DNA of 32,527 bases from the NCBI GenBank assembly GCA_025201805.1, contig MU619361.1, positions 61,990-94,516 of the forward strand. Reading direction: 5' to 3'. Numbering within the stretch: position 1 is the first letter of the stretch; each line of letters begins with the position of its first letter. The notes beneath the pieces were generated by a model. The model did not search any database. It was not told where the DNA came from and saw only the letters and a list, made by a program, of their open reading frames with translations. This document shows positions 10,354 to 22,986 of the stretch, piece after piece. Made by a program: the position numbers and the translations under genes. The DNA is from Parasitella parasitica NRRL 2501 (Eukaryota; Fungi; Mucoromycota).

Positions 10354-10592
10354 ATAAAACTATTAAATCTTCATATTGTTGTCACTTTTAATTGAAAGCC
10401 CCACTTTGAAAAAAGTGACCCATTTTCAAGCAGGTGTCCTGCTTTCAACTAAGTGCCCCATTTTCAAAGAAGTGTCCCAAATTTCCTTAGTTGTCCCACT
10501 TTCAATATTAGTGTCTTGAATTTCTCTGGTTGTCCCATTTTTGACATGGCCCAAAATGTTTTTTGTGTGGCCCAACCTATTTTCTTCAGCTG
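10354..10592 (-). repeat. Right terminal inverted repeat
   Basis: Inverted copy of 5277-5470 with two extra 19-bp units. Confidence 0.9.
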
Positions 10593-10757
10593 TAACATGT
10601 ATGATTACATTATTATGCGGTACCCCCCAATTAATACCACCACCCGTTCTCTCATGCAGAATTGTATTTCTCATGATCTAGTTAGTATATAGCGTCTTCC
10701 CTTTGCTTTCTTTTGCTTTACTTTTTCTTCTTTTCTAATTTTTTTTTAACAACTGGC

Positions 10758-12636
10758 ATGACAAAAGAAACAGACGACACCACTACAATAGAGAGCAACT
10801 ATGTTGAAGAGCCAGCAGAAGAGCCTTACTGCATATTTTCAAAACAGAAAAAAGCAATTATTGTCGCTATTGTGTCGTTTTCTGCTTTCTTTAGCCCACT
10901 GTCGTCCAACATTTACTATCCAGCACTTGAAGTGATACAAAAAGATATGAACACTACCATAAACATGATCAATATCACAATCACAATGTACATGGTATTC
11001 CAAGGAATTTCTCCCTCCTTTTGGGGAAGTATAGCTGATCTATGGGGACGACGGCCTGTTTTTCTTGCCACCTTCTTCACCTACATCGCAGCTTGTGTTG
11101 GGCTGGCTTGCACCAAAAACTATGTTACATTGCTAATACTGCGAATGTTTCAGTCATTCGGATCGAGTTCTGCCATTGCAGTAGGCGCCGGTACCATTGG
11201 TAATTAACTATGTGTGTCTGTGTCATTTTCAAAACTAGATATTAAATGAAATCATGTCATTACTAGGCGACATTTCAACACCATCAGAAAGAGGTGGGTA
11301 CATGGGTGTGTTTTCAATGGGAATCATGTTGGGCCCACTCGTGGGACCCTTTCTCGGTGAGTTTTCCATATGCTTGCTACATGCGCATTCAGTATTGTAA
11401 CGCTCAGTTCTACATGTATAGGGGGTGTTTTGACTTCTCAGCTGGGGTGGAGGTAAAGATTTACATGCATACTGCATTCAAACATTCCATTTACAGTGTT
11501 TCTTGTCTAGATGGATATTCTGGGTCTTAGTTATCATGGCGTCTGTCACTTGGATAGCACAGATATTTTTCTTGCCTGAAACGTTACGATCTCTTGTTGG
11601 AAATGGATCAGGATACGCTAACCCGACACCCTCTCAATTTTTACGTCGCCACGGCAACCGTGGGCTTGGCGAAAAAGACGGAATCAACCACGTTAACAAG
11701 CAAAGTAAATCAGTAGTTGCAGTACTCAAACAAATTGGCAGGTCGTTTGTGCACATCAAGGAAAAGGACGTCATGTGTATACTTATCTGTAATTCTGCTG
11801 ATTTTGCCGGCCTTCACTGTATTTTGTCCAGCATTGGACCCTTGTTTGCTTCAGTGTACGGCTTGGATGAGTTGACTGTGGGCTTAACTTTTCTCTCACC
11901 TGGGTTTGGCGCATTTTTAGGGTCATATGCATCTGGTAAGATCATGAACTGGAAATTCAAGCAGTTGGCAAAGTCATTGGGTATCACAGACTTGAAAAAA
12001 AGTGATTTGGATCCAAATTTTCCAATTGAAAAGGCAAGATTGGGTCTAGTGTGGTATTTTGGCATCCCCTTCAACGTCTTGTTGATAGTCTATGGCTGGT
12101 GCTTGCATTTCAAGGTGCATATGGCTGTGCCGATCTTTCTTAACTTTATTTGTAAGTGCTACATCGTCATTTTTCTTAGTGAGCTTCAAATAACAGCTAA
12201 ATTTGTAGTGGCATTTGCTACCGCTGTAGTATTCAATGTATCGAGTACTATTCTGGTTGATTTGTTTCCAAAAAGTTCGGCATCTATAGTAGCATTGAAT
12301 AACATAACAAGGTAGGGTTACGTGGCTATGAATGCAAACAAAATATCGTTGCTAAATAATACATACATTCCAAGATGTTTTACAGCCGCCCTTGCAATTT
12401 TATCCGTTGTGCCTGGCGCACAAGCGATAGGTGCAGGCTGGATTTTTACCATCATTTCTATTGTTATTCTTATTTCAAGAGCAAGTTTATTTATAGAGCT
12501 CAAGTATGGTCCTAAATGGAGACGTCAGAGGAAAGAAAAACAAGATGCAAGTACTAGCCCCACTATTAGATCAGAAGAAGAGCAGCAGCAGCAGCAGCCG
12601 CAGCCGCAACAGCAACAGCAGCAGCAAAAGGTGTAG
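10758..12636 (+). CDS. MFS drug:H+ antiporter (DHA1; Qdr/Aqr1-like)
   Basis: Exons 10758-11199, 11267-11356, 11422-11452, 11511-12151, 12209-12311, 12375-12636. Motifs SPLSSNIYYPAL, WGSIADLWGRRP, ERGGYMG, GWRWIFW, LPETLRSLVGNGS, FPIEKARL. Confidence 0.92.
12583..12627 (+). repeat. CAG/CAA polyQ tract at MFS C-terminus
   Basis: Encodes QQQQQPQPQQQQQQQ two codons before the stop. Confidence 0.85.
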
Positions 12637-14858
12637 CAAAGCTCAACCATCAAAGAAGTAAATAGTTACAAGATGCGTATATCGTAAATTAAGCTATTTT
12701 TTTTATATCATTAAAACTCTTTCTATACTTTATTTATAAATGTCGAAAACGGTGCAGGGTTAGGTTTCAATAACATTGGTCTATAATCACAAACACTATA
12801 CAAATGTGTATTGTGCATGACTTTGAAGAGCACACATCATTATCAGAATTTGACACCTGACATCAGCTACGTCTCCCATCTAATGAAGTTGCTAACAGAG
12901 TTACTAATGTGAATAAGGTCTCTGTCTGCCTCACTTTCTTTTTTCTTAATGTTATGTATATCACTCAATGCAAAGTATGTTTAAAAATCATAAGAAACTA
13001 TAAAAGTGGCCGTATGACTTTTCTGGCTCAATTCAAGGGGTCGTAGGCTATCCGTGTCTATCCACATCGATCTATTATCTGGTTACACGACATTTAAAAC
13101 AACATCTCATAGCTCTAGAAATAATAGCCTTGATATACACAATACCATTAGCCCCTCCCCTTTTTTTAGATGGATTTTGGTGGGGAAGTGCCCAGGATAA
13201 ACCTTTTGATGCCTTAATATGCCTCATAAACCCTCGCCAAAAAGAGTGCTGTCAAGTTAACATTTTGATTTTGGCAGAAAACTACTAGAGTTGCTATTGC
13301 AAACAAGGCAATAATACATAGGCTTTGACGCAAAGGAACGTATGATTTGGCTTTGCAAGTTTTTATCTGCTAAAAATAGACTTCATATCACTAAAAAGAG
13401 CCTTGTATAGTTTGGAATAAATGTACTATTTATTGAAGAAAGCTTACGTAGAAAATATTTCATTATTTAAAGCATTGGCGACATAAATATTGCTCATTTG
13501 CATCATCAGCATGTATCAATGAAAAATTTCTCATTGTTATGAATTTGTGTTCTACTGCACTTGAAGAAGCTAAGCAAATAAATTGTATGTAATACTCACC
13601 AAAATATTATAACAAATTAAGAATAGCATCTGTTCTACACTCATTTATTTTTCATTATTGTATAGTCTTCCATGATAGGTATGAAAGTGTTTTGAAGTAT
13701 CTTTTATCTTGTTTCTTTTCATGCCTACAATATCTATGAAGCCAATAGTGAGCAACAAATATTCAAATATGTAATGTTGAACACAAATCATGGCAATGCT
13801 GGGATTGACTATCTCCACAGCGCTGCGATATGTAGTAATATGAAGTCAACTAATGCTACAGCTCTCTCCCATTGCGACTCTTCGTATCAATCTTATAAGC
13901 GGTGATTATAGCTGATTGATAAAAATTCTTGCTGAATCCTCTATTATTATTGAATATCGATTTATGTAGACTAAGAAACCCCAGACGCGATGTTATCATT
14001 TTATATTGTGATCACATTGACCTCTGATCAGAATGACTGGAACTGTAGGTCAAACCCTCATTATTTCTATTTTGTTTAGCACATGTACATGAGACCAAGG
14101 CATAACTGGTGATGATTATTGATAAAGGATTATTTCGCAAAGCCTTGTATGAACAAGGGAATGGAAAACGGCCTATTCGAAGTGACATGCGACATGGGTT
14201 CCAGTCGTACCCTTACAAGTGCATGAAATATTGGCTTGCTACACTAAAACTAAGCGTTTCAGTATGTCTTCTTGAAAAATACACACCCTTCGGTAGAAGA
14301 GAACAGACTAAAAAATCTTTATGGCAGTAAACAAGCCAAACAACCACAATGGTGCATACGTACACGTTTTTGATTGTAAACAGTTTCAATTACAATAAAA
14401 ATGATGCCATGGAAACACTGCCATGCAGCTGGATACAAACCAACTCAGTATAAAGTTTATGTTTATATGGGGTCTTGATTAAGAGCAGTAGTGCACAGAA
14501 GCAACGCATTCTTGCGAAAACAAACCAATCAAATATGGAAAACATCGATGCAAATGGAAAAACAAGCCCATTTATCTAAATTGTTGTCATTCAAACCTAA
14601 CACAGATAAACCTGATCAATGGAGGACACGGACGTTTTTCTACTTATCTGTGTCGCTAATTGCAAGATGTGGCATTCATCTAACAATATATGCTGTATAT
14701 GCTCTCTGTTGAAATGTGTACATAAAACACAAGTTTCAGTCGCAGAGTCACGTATGTAAAACCCTTCGTTTTTCGTATATTGTGTTTTCCTTGATTAGCA
14801 ATCAGTTTGATAATCCACAGCTCATTTGTTTGCCCTCCAAGTGTATAAAGGAATAGCC

Positions 14859-15061
14859 ATGGCAGGCAAACGATTTTACCCCGAGAAATTAATCAAGCCA
14901 TGTCCACCATCAAATCCAGATTGTCATTGCACAGAGATTCTTACTCCTGAAGGGACGTACACACTAGTGCATGAACTGTATCAAGAAAACACACAGCCTC
15001 AGTTCAACTCGGGTACGCATGTTTCCTTTTTTTGTCCCACCTCAACAAGTAGCACTACCCC

Positions 15062-15101
<40 letters not shown>

Positions 15102-17091
15102 GAGCAGCAGCAGCAGAATGCACAGTTTCTATCGATACCCTGCAACTACAGTAGCACAACTACATCGTCAATCTCTGATGACGGTGGGGATTTCCTCAGT
15201 TCAGTAGAGGAAGAGGATTTAGACAACAAGAGCAGTAGCAATAATAGCACACAAAATAGCTCAATCGATCCTATTGAGCTGTTCTCTACCAACCGATCCC
15301 TTAAACCAACGGCAGCAGATATCACTATCGAACCCACTTTGACAAACACAAGCGCGCTCAGCTCTTTCTGGCACTCCAGCCGAAGTCATCATCATCATCG
15401 CCATCATCATAAAAAACCAAAACATAGCATATCAAAGCTCAAGTCAAGCTTCATTGAGTACATGACCCCTCATGAGCAACTACAAAAGTTGATGAATGAA
15501 CGCACATTAGAGAATTCCAATGTGTTTTACAACGTTGGATTGAACTTGATTTGGCAAGATGAGCAAGGAGAGCCCCCAGAGCCGTTCACCAAGATTACGT
15601 TTGGAAAAGCATATCCTACTTGTCATGATGTTAATGCAATGACAAGCAATGTAGAGCATATAGATGTTATTATTGGATTTTCTTCGGGTGATTTTATTTG
15701 GTACGATACTGTCTGTAATCGATTCACAAGGCTCAACAAGAATGGTATTATGAATGGATCTAGTGTAACCATGGTGAAATGGATACCTGGTTCAGAGGAC
15801 ATGTTTATGGCTTCCTTTGATGATGGAGCTATGATGATATTGGACAAGGATAGGGACGATCAAGCCTTTGTGCTGCCTGAACCACAAACGTGGGCAGAGG
15901 AGCAGTAAGTTGTCCATCGTTTTGGCTGAATAGCAAATTAACTCACGCTGGTGCAGATTTCAGATCACAAAACCCAACAAACATCACAGGCATAATCCAG
16001 TTGCTCATTGGCGAGTGAGCCAAAAGGGAATTACAGGTGAGTCATGCATGCATGATCTACACTGGAGAGCTAAAAAAAAATGCACATCAGCCTTTGCGTT
16101 CTCTCCCAACAACGAGTATATTGCGACAGTCGGAAAAGATGGGTTGATGAGAACAATTGATTACACAAATGAAAGGTTTATCGAGTGATTTTTTTTTTCA
16201 TGAGCGTAGCACCAGAATTAATCTTGTTTTATAAAATAGGTTGTGTGATGTATTTGTTGGATATTTTGGAAGATTATCATGCGTTGCATGGAGCCCTGAT
16301 GGAAATTACATAGTGGTATTTCTTTATAATTGGATTGACAAGAGAGGAATTGAACTTATCAACGCTTGTATGACAAAATATAGACGGGAGGCCAAGACGA
16401 TTTGGTGACAATCTGGTCATTTAAAGAAAATAAGATTATTGCTCGGTGTCAAGGTCATAGATCATGGGTATGATTTTTTTTTCGTTTTATCATAATAGTA
16501 CTAAAAAGAAACACACGTACATCGAACAGGTGACAGGTGTTGCATTTGATCCTTTGCATTGTGATGATAAAGATTACCGCTTTGCAAGTGTAGGGGAAGA
16601 TTGCAAGATTTTACTATGGGACTTTTCCGTCAACGCGCTCCATAAACCCAAACAGGTAAACTTCTTTTTTTTTTTTTGTGCACAGAGATATTCATATCAC
16701 ACGTACGCTTATATTACAGAAAAGAGCATCAATTACCACACTCTATGGAGACAACAAAACCCCCCAAATACCTATCCGAGATTCCTCATTCAATAAGCCA
16801 TCGCAAGTGTCCTCACCCCTCAAAACATTCCGTAAAAGATCTAGTATCTTTGGCAATAATGAATCCACCCTGCTGCTGCAGCCTGCTGAAGCTACACAAC
16901 ATGAAAAACTTCCGACGATTCATCCCGCACTACGTAAATGTCAGGTACCTTTCCTGCGGCCCATCGTAAAGCAAACCATACATCCTGATCCATGTGTAGA
17001 CGTTGTATACAGAGATGATTCCGTTATTACTACCGATCGACGGGGTAGAGTACGTGCATGGCGTCGCCCTACTATTAATTACTGCTGGTAA
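14859..17091 (+). CDS. creC: WD40-repeat protein, CreC/WDR20/Bun62 family (deubiquitinase cofactor)
   Basis: Exons 14859-15904, 15957-16036, 16091-16175, 16240-16315, 16384-16467, 16530-16655, 16720-17091. Motifs [73 protein letters not shown]. Confidence 0.85.
15066..15116 (+). repeat. (CAA)12-GAG-(CAG)4 coding microsatellite
   Basis: Perfect CAA run encoding polyQ in creC exon 1. Confidence 0.9.
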
Positions 17092-17563
17092 GATATCGTT
17101 TTATATACTGTATACACATAAATAAAACTTGGGTTCCTGTGATCTCCTTTCAAGTCATGTTACTTTACGCTGTAACCCAGAAAGAAACCATATATATTAT
17201 TTATGACGTTTTGTTACCAGCAGCTCTTCTTTTTCGACCAAAAAAAGAAAATCTTGTTACCATGACAACCTTTCTTTGATCAAGATTACTTTATACGATG
17301 AAACACTGTAGCTATTAATTGAAACTGATAATATAGCATTCATATCTTGAAAAACTCGCAAAAAAAACAGAAAGCGTAAAGATGTGAATCAACCAACTTA
17401 ATTAGTTTCTGGGGCCGCCTGGCGTATCGGGTCTCATCCCTTTCTTTGTGTGATGCACAAAGAGAAATTAGTTCTTGTTTGTATAAAACTTGATTTTATG
17501 TGATCCCACTTTTTTTTTCGTTTTCTTTTTCTTTTTCTTTACTTTATCTTATTTAATAACAAA

Positions 17564-18478
17564 ATGTCTTTCCAACAATATTGCCATCGTCCGTCTCCTC
17601 AATTGAGGATCATGCAAGACAGCTATACCCATCTGAAAGAAAACACAAAGAATCAGGATGATTCTTTAATGTCACCCCCTTTAACTCCAACTGATGCTCC
17701 ATTGAATGATTTGTGGCATTGCAATGCCAATGTAGAGCTCCCAATGCCATCAATTGAAAGCCCAAGAAAGAACAGAAAACAATTCATCAAAAACTATGCC
17801 CGCATGGTGCCCTCCCTACAAAAAAAGAAGAGAAATGCCCATGGTATATTTGCATTAAATGTCTACCGGGATATTCTGCTCAAGCAGGAGCAATTACAAC
17901 AGCAGAAGAAGCAAGACAAATCCAAGTATAATCATTGTGTTAGGTCGGACAATGCCGTGCCACATACTAAAAAGAGAAAGACGGTGGCAGAGGATGGTGT
18001 TAAAAGAAAGCGCGTTTCATCCGTTTTACCCTCTGGAAAGGATGCTGCATTAGCATTTGATGCTGTTGATATTGATACGGCGGATATCATATTCTATCCT
18101 CAAGGTTGGGCCCCTTTTAATGAAGCATTGGATCAAGTACCTGTTAAAGTGAACTGGAAAGGTAATTGATACATTCATTTGATCCAAACCGCAACTAATA
18201 CCATACCATCCACAGGTGCTCCTTTACCCATTGATGATCAACCTTATTTCGATCATTTACACCACATAGAAGCTACAATGGCTTCTGTACTAAGACTATC
18301 GCCTGTGCAATACTTGAGATGTAAACGTACCCTAATCTTGGCTGCTAGAACCTTGAAAATACAGCAGATTCCTTTTACTAAATCGGTTGCACAAAAGCTG
18401 TGCAGAGTAGATGTCAATAAGACAAGTGCTCTTTGGACAGCCTTTGGTCAATTGGGTTGGTTTGATGGTCCCATTTAA
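17564..18478 (+). CDS. SWIRM-domain protein (Fun19/YOR338W-like)
   Basis: Exons 17564-18161 and 18216-18478. C-terminal WKGAPL...LHHIEATMASVLRLSPVQYLRCKR...FTKSVAQKLCRVDVNKTSALWTAF; N-terminal SPPLTP motif. Confidence 0.85.
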
Positions 18479-21400
18479 ATTATGTTTATATATATACTAT
18501 GTATACCTTTCTTTTTTCGTTATTAAGACTTTTTATATATCTATATCCCCCCCCCTTTCACCCTCTTTTTGAATTTTCTCTGTGCAAAAACTAACGTAAC
18601 ATGAAACTATATATTAAAATTATTTATTTACTTATTCCATACTTCCACCATAATTTATCTTTCCCAAATGCCCTCTCTAGATTTCTCCCTTCCCCCCCCC
18701 CCTTTTTTTTTTACTAATAAAGAAAATGTGTTTGTTATTTTAACAACCATAAAACTCATTCGTCATATTGTTTTGTTTCATCATGTATACACAAAAAGAA
18801 AATAGAGATCAAACTAAGCACGTCCAATGTCACAGGGTCGTGTACTGTATATGTGTCTCGTACATATAAAAAAAAAAAAATACAAATGCAACACCATATG
18901 AGTCAATGGCGCAAAAAAACCCAAAAAATCCGAATTGGACTTGACAATGATTATCTATCGTTATATCACGGTTGCCTGTATATTATACAGGTCTCTTTAT
19001 CAAGACAAAATTAACTTTGTTTATGTGTAACTGGTTAAGGTTTTAATAAATTTTGATTATTATATATCGTCTTGTATCGTACGAGGATTCTTAACATTTT
19101 AGATTAAAACAAAACGAAAAAATCGGGTAACGGAGATCATGCTACGAGTACTACATAATTTAACAAATATATTATCACCCTAATGGTGGTAATTCATTTG
19201 TAAACAAAAAGTTAATTGATCCAGCTCAAGATTTTCTCGTCTACTCATTTGTTATTTTGATTTATTTGATAAACAGATTGCATACATGCCGTTTTCAAAA
19301 GAAAGGGGTAAATGGAATTCGTTTGGATCTCCGTTGTACTGCACTTATCAGGGACCATCTTCTAAAGCAACAAAATTGATATTTTCTTCAGTTAATGCCT
19401 AAATGGTTTAAAATCTCAACATTCAGACGTTTTTTTGGGTCAATTGAGCTTGGTAATGTCTAAAAAATGTATTAAATGCGAACTTTTGTTTCAGTACTAC
19501 CAAGGATCAAATATTCCATGCTAAATTTTGATGCAAAAGAGTTTCACAATGATGACTGTGCCTAAAAAATGTCATTTGTCTGGGTACATGTTGTTGTTGC
19601 ATATTATAAGATAAATAATTACAGGCTGAAGTGGTAAAACGGCCATTCGTTTCATTCATTCGAAAAAAAATTGCGATATCTTTTTTCTCTCCAAATTGTT
19701 TTCATCAGTTAAAGAAAAATGGTTCATGTCTCGAATCAAGGGCTCAATCGATAATTTTTCTACTATATTTAGCGTAGATGCATACATGCACAGAAGCAGA
19801 AACCTTAAAAAAAAACAAAGCCATTGGGCTTTGAGATATAAAGCCCAAAAACAGTTCAATAGGTTTAAATCAATTGATTCTCGTCATTCAATAGCGCAAA
19901 CATATGCAACTCATGCCTGTTTTTCTTTTCAGCATGTGCATTAAGCGAATGATGCTCTAAAATAAAACATCTAATCACCTTAAATCGAGTATCTCATCAT
20001 AAATACTGCTGCTGGCCTCTGGTCATATTTTGTGCTACAACGAGGGATACATTTGGTTATTCTTGGCTGCATACATCCTCATGACACTTGTTTATACAGT
20101 GCCAACCGGCGGTAATATTCTCCACGACACTTGGAGGCTTTGTATAGAACCAATTGGATGCCATTGCCGTAAGTGCCTTTCGTAGCATTAAACAAGTATA
20201 AACAAAGTATAAACAAATATACTAAACGTGTTTAGTGGCTTCACAAATAGTTTATACTGTAATACGTACCTGCTTTCTCTATACGATAGTAAACCATTGG
20301 ATCAATCAAACGACAAGTTTGTTTACAAATATTTACATTTCGTCGCTCTGTTTTTGTGTTCTGACTGCTCCTTAAGTTTTCATTGTCTATTAACTGTTTT
20401 TTCTGTAAACTGATAAAATTAAAGATTCAAGAAGTAATTTATAACGTATTTACTATGCATTTCTCAGATGTAACTGTGAAGAATGACTTGGGCAATGAAG
20501 CCTCTTGTTTCCGAATAAATTTTGGTGGAATATAGAACGATTACATAAGTTTACTAGATAAACTTCTACTGCCTGGAACGCTGACAAGGCAAGTTTTCCT
20601 GCTTTTATCCGTCTTCGTATCTAACACAGGTGGTCCTATTTAATGCTTTCAGACACAAATATCAACATATTTGTCTTCAATTATCGTTTTTTTGGAGTTA
20701 TTAGTACATTGTCAAATGAAGAAATTGCAATTGAGGGAGAATTGAAGGTTTCAGAATTCTTGCAAAGTAAATTTTCTTAGCCATAAATGATTTTTTTTTC
20801 AATTTATTGCGTATACGACGATTAGAATAGCTTGACTAATGTGGTTACTATCAAATGTTAAACACACGATTGTAATTCGGTGGCATGATCCTCTCACGAT
20901 ATCTATCGCCTGGGTAGAGAATAATAATGCAATCAAAGCATAACTAAACGCAGTTTTAGTAAACTCATTGACGTCCAAGCATTATTGCTTTTACAAAATG
21001 ATATTCCTGGGGTACAGCATCAGTTCGAGTGTTTCACGTATCACGTAACAGCTAGTCGTTAAGTGAATGCGTACAGTTAGAGATGAAAATTTGTTACAAT
21101 AAGCTATTATTGCGCTAAATATGTCGATATCATATAGTTTTGCAATAGCACGTACATTTTATATCACTAATTACTTGACAAAAATCAATTCTTCTATACC
21201 AAAGATACTCTATTGTTGTCACGAACGCATCATGATATATTTTAAAGAATAAATATACATATTGGAACCACTTCATATACGAAGAGAAATGTGGTTTTCG
21301 GCCAAAAGCTTATACTCTGCATAAGATGTTATTTTTGATCAATATACACTATAGTAACCACTTAACTCTTTTGGTGGAAATGCACTAGATAGTAATTACG

Positions 21401-22986
21401 AGCTCAGAGAGACCCTTTGGAGTGGTTTTGAGCCCTTGAATCAAGTCAGAAAGGTAAATATTTCATCAAAATTGTAAAATTGTTGCATCCAGAATATTAT
21501 TTCTGTATATGATAGCCCAGACAGCGATGTATTATAAAATCCATAAAAGCAATCATATTCACTTACTATTTTGAACGAATGGTCTAGTTACGCTTATTTG
21601 AATAACTGAAGCTTTTATAGGCACCTGATTCCTCACATTTAGATTCATTCCCATGTAAATGCTAATCGATAAATCTGCTGTACAATGGTTGTGTACACTC
21701 CAATACAACGTTTCAGTTTATTATGATGCAAGTTACATTATAATAATCCTAGTATAATGACTGTGCATAAGTAGATCTATAAGGTGAATCTAATGAATGC
21801 AATTCCTTAACAGATTATCACATACTGACTTTTGATGTAAAAATGTACTTTCTTTGTTTATCTACATAATGTTCATCAATATCTGAGTGCTTTGTTTTGT
21901 TGATTACTCATATTCTGACTAATTTTGGGGGAGAGCACATTTAAGATAGGATCAGTTTTGCCTGGTTTTTGCACGGCAGGTATTGTGTGTTATATCAAAA
22001 GCTACTTGCTATAAACATCTGATCATAGATATAAGACAGTCTAAATGTCACCACCTTTGACGAGCCTTGCATGCAAATAAATGTGTAACTTTGAACGTTT
22101 TCCGGCTTTTTTGAAAAGCAAATCACATACAGATCTAAGATGAATAAATAATGTAACTAATACAGTATCTTTACTCTCAATTTACTAAATTATTCTGAAT
22201 ATTTGTGTGAGATTAATTTGGCTACAGGGAGAGCTCAATCGGTCCCACCTATTATAGATGTGTGGATTAGCGATATGACGATTAGAGGTTCTTTTTTGTG
22301 CTACTTGCAAGCACCATATCGCTATTTCCATGAAATTTAGTGTCTTCCTTTTAGTCTAGTCCAACCTTGCACAAATATCTCTGATCATGTTTACAAAGCG
22401 CTTGGTCTTTCTGATACTAACATTTGGGTTAAGACAATCGTAGTTTATTCATAGGTCTATGTAGTTTATGCATTTGCATTTATTTATGTAAAAATCAGGT
22501 CATGTCTATGTACTTACGCAAACTATCTTTGGCTCCCAAGTCTCTTAATGATTGATAAATCAGTGCAAGTACACAATTGTGATTGAACTAAACAGGTTTT
22601 TTATTGTATTGATTTTCCATGATAGCTTTTATCTCAAACATCACTAATTTTTTGATTGAGAGCTGGGTAGGCTTCGTCTGGAGATTTCACTTTATAAGCC
22701 ATTCCTTATCTTGTATTGCAGCTATTTATCACGCGCTTATTGTAAGGCTTGCTTTGAGCAGAGTAGAAGGCCAAATTCTTATAACCGCTCGGATTTTTCT
22801 CTTTTTCTGTGAAACACAATTTTAAAGTTATATTTAGAAAACAGGGTCGCTTACAAGCCATGAACATAACCTTGATTTTGGGAATAAAAGGTAATTTATT
22901 AATAGCTAATATAATACAAAAAAGTAATAAGAATAAAGAGCGAGCAAAATAGTATACAATTAATGAACGAAAAGGAAGCCGCTTCT

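Larger units (their letters stand above)
5277..10592. mobile_element. 5.3-kb DNA transposon with long TIRs and TA target-site duplication (Tc1/mariner-type ends), carrying a nuclease-like cargo gene and nested insertions
   Basis: TA(5275-5276)|CAGCTGAAGAAAATAGGTTGGGCC... and ...GGCCCAACCTATTTTCTTCAGCTG|TA(10593-10594). Inverted match spans 5277-5470 vs 10354-10592. Confidence 0.9.

Noticed and set aside
14109-14712. Short ORFs upstream of creC, and similar ORFs at 19656-20413, 22619-22825 and 27653-27853
   Set aside because: Short, mostly non-ATG starts, no motifs or consistent splice structure.
17301-17310. AAACACTGTA as the partner end for TA|CAGTGTTT at 5470
   Set aside because: Only a 10-bp match with no TCAGAY array, and host genes intervene.
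19825-19849. TTGGGCTTT-N7-AAAGCCCAA hairpin
   Set aside because: Isolated 9-bp stem with no supporting context such as a Helitron CTRR end.
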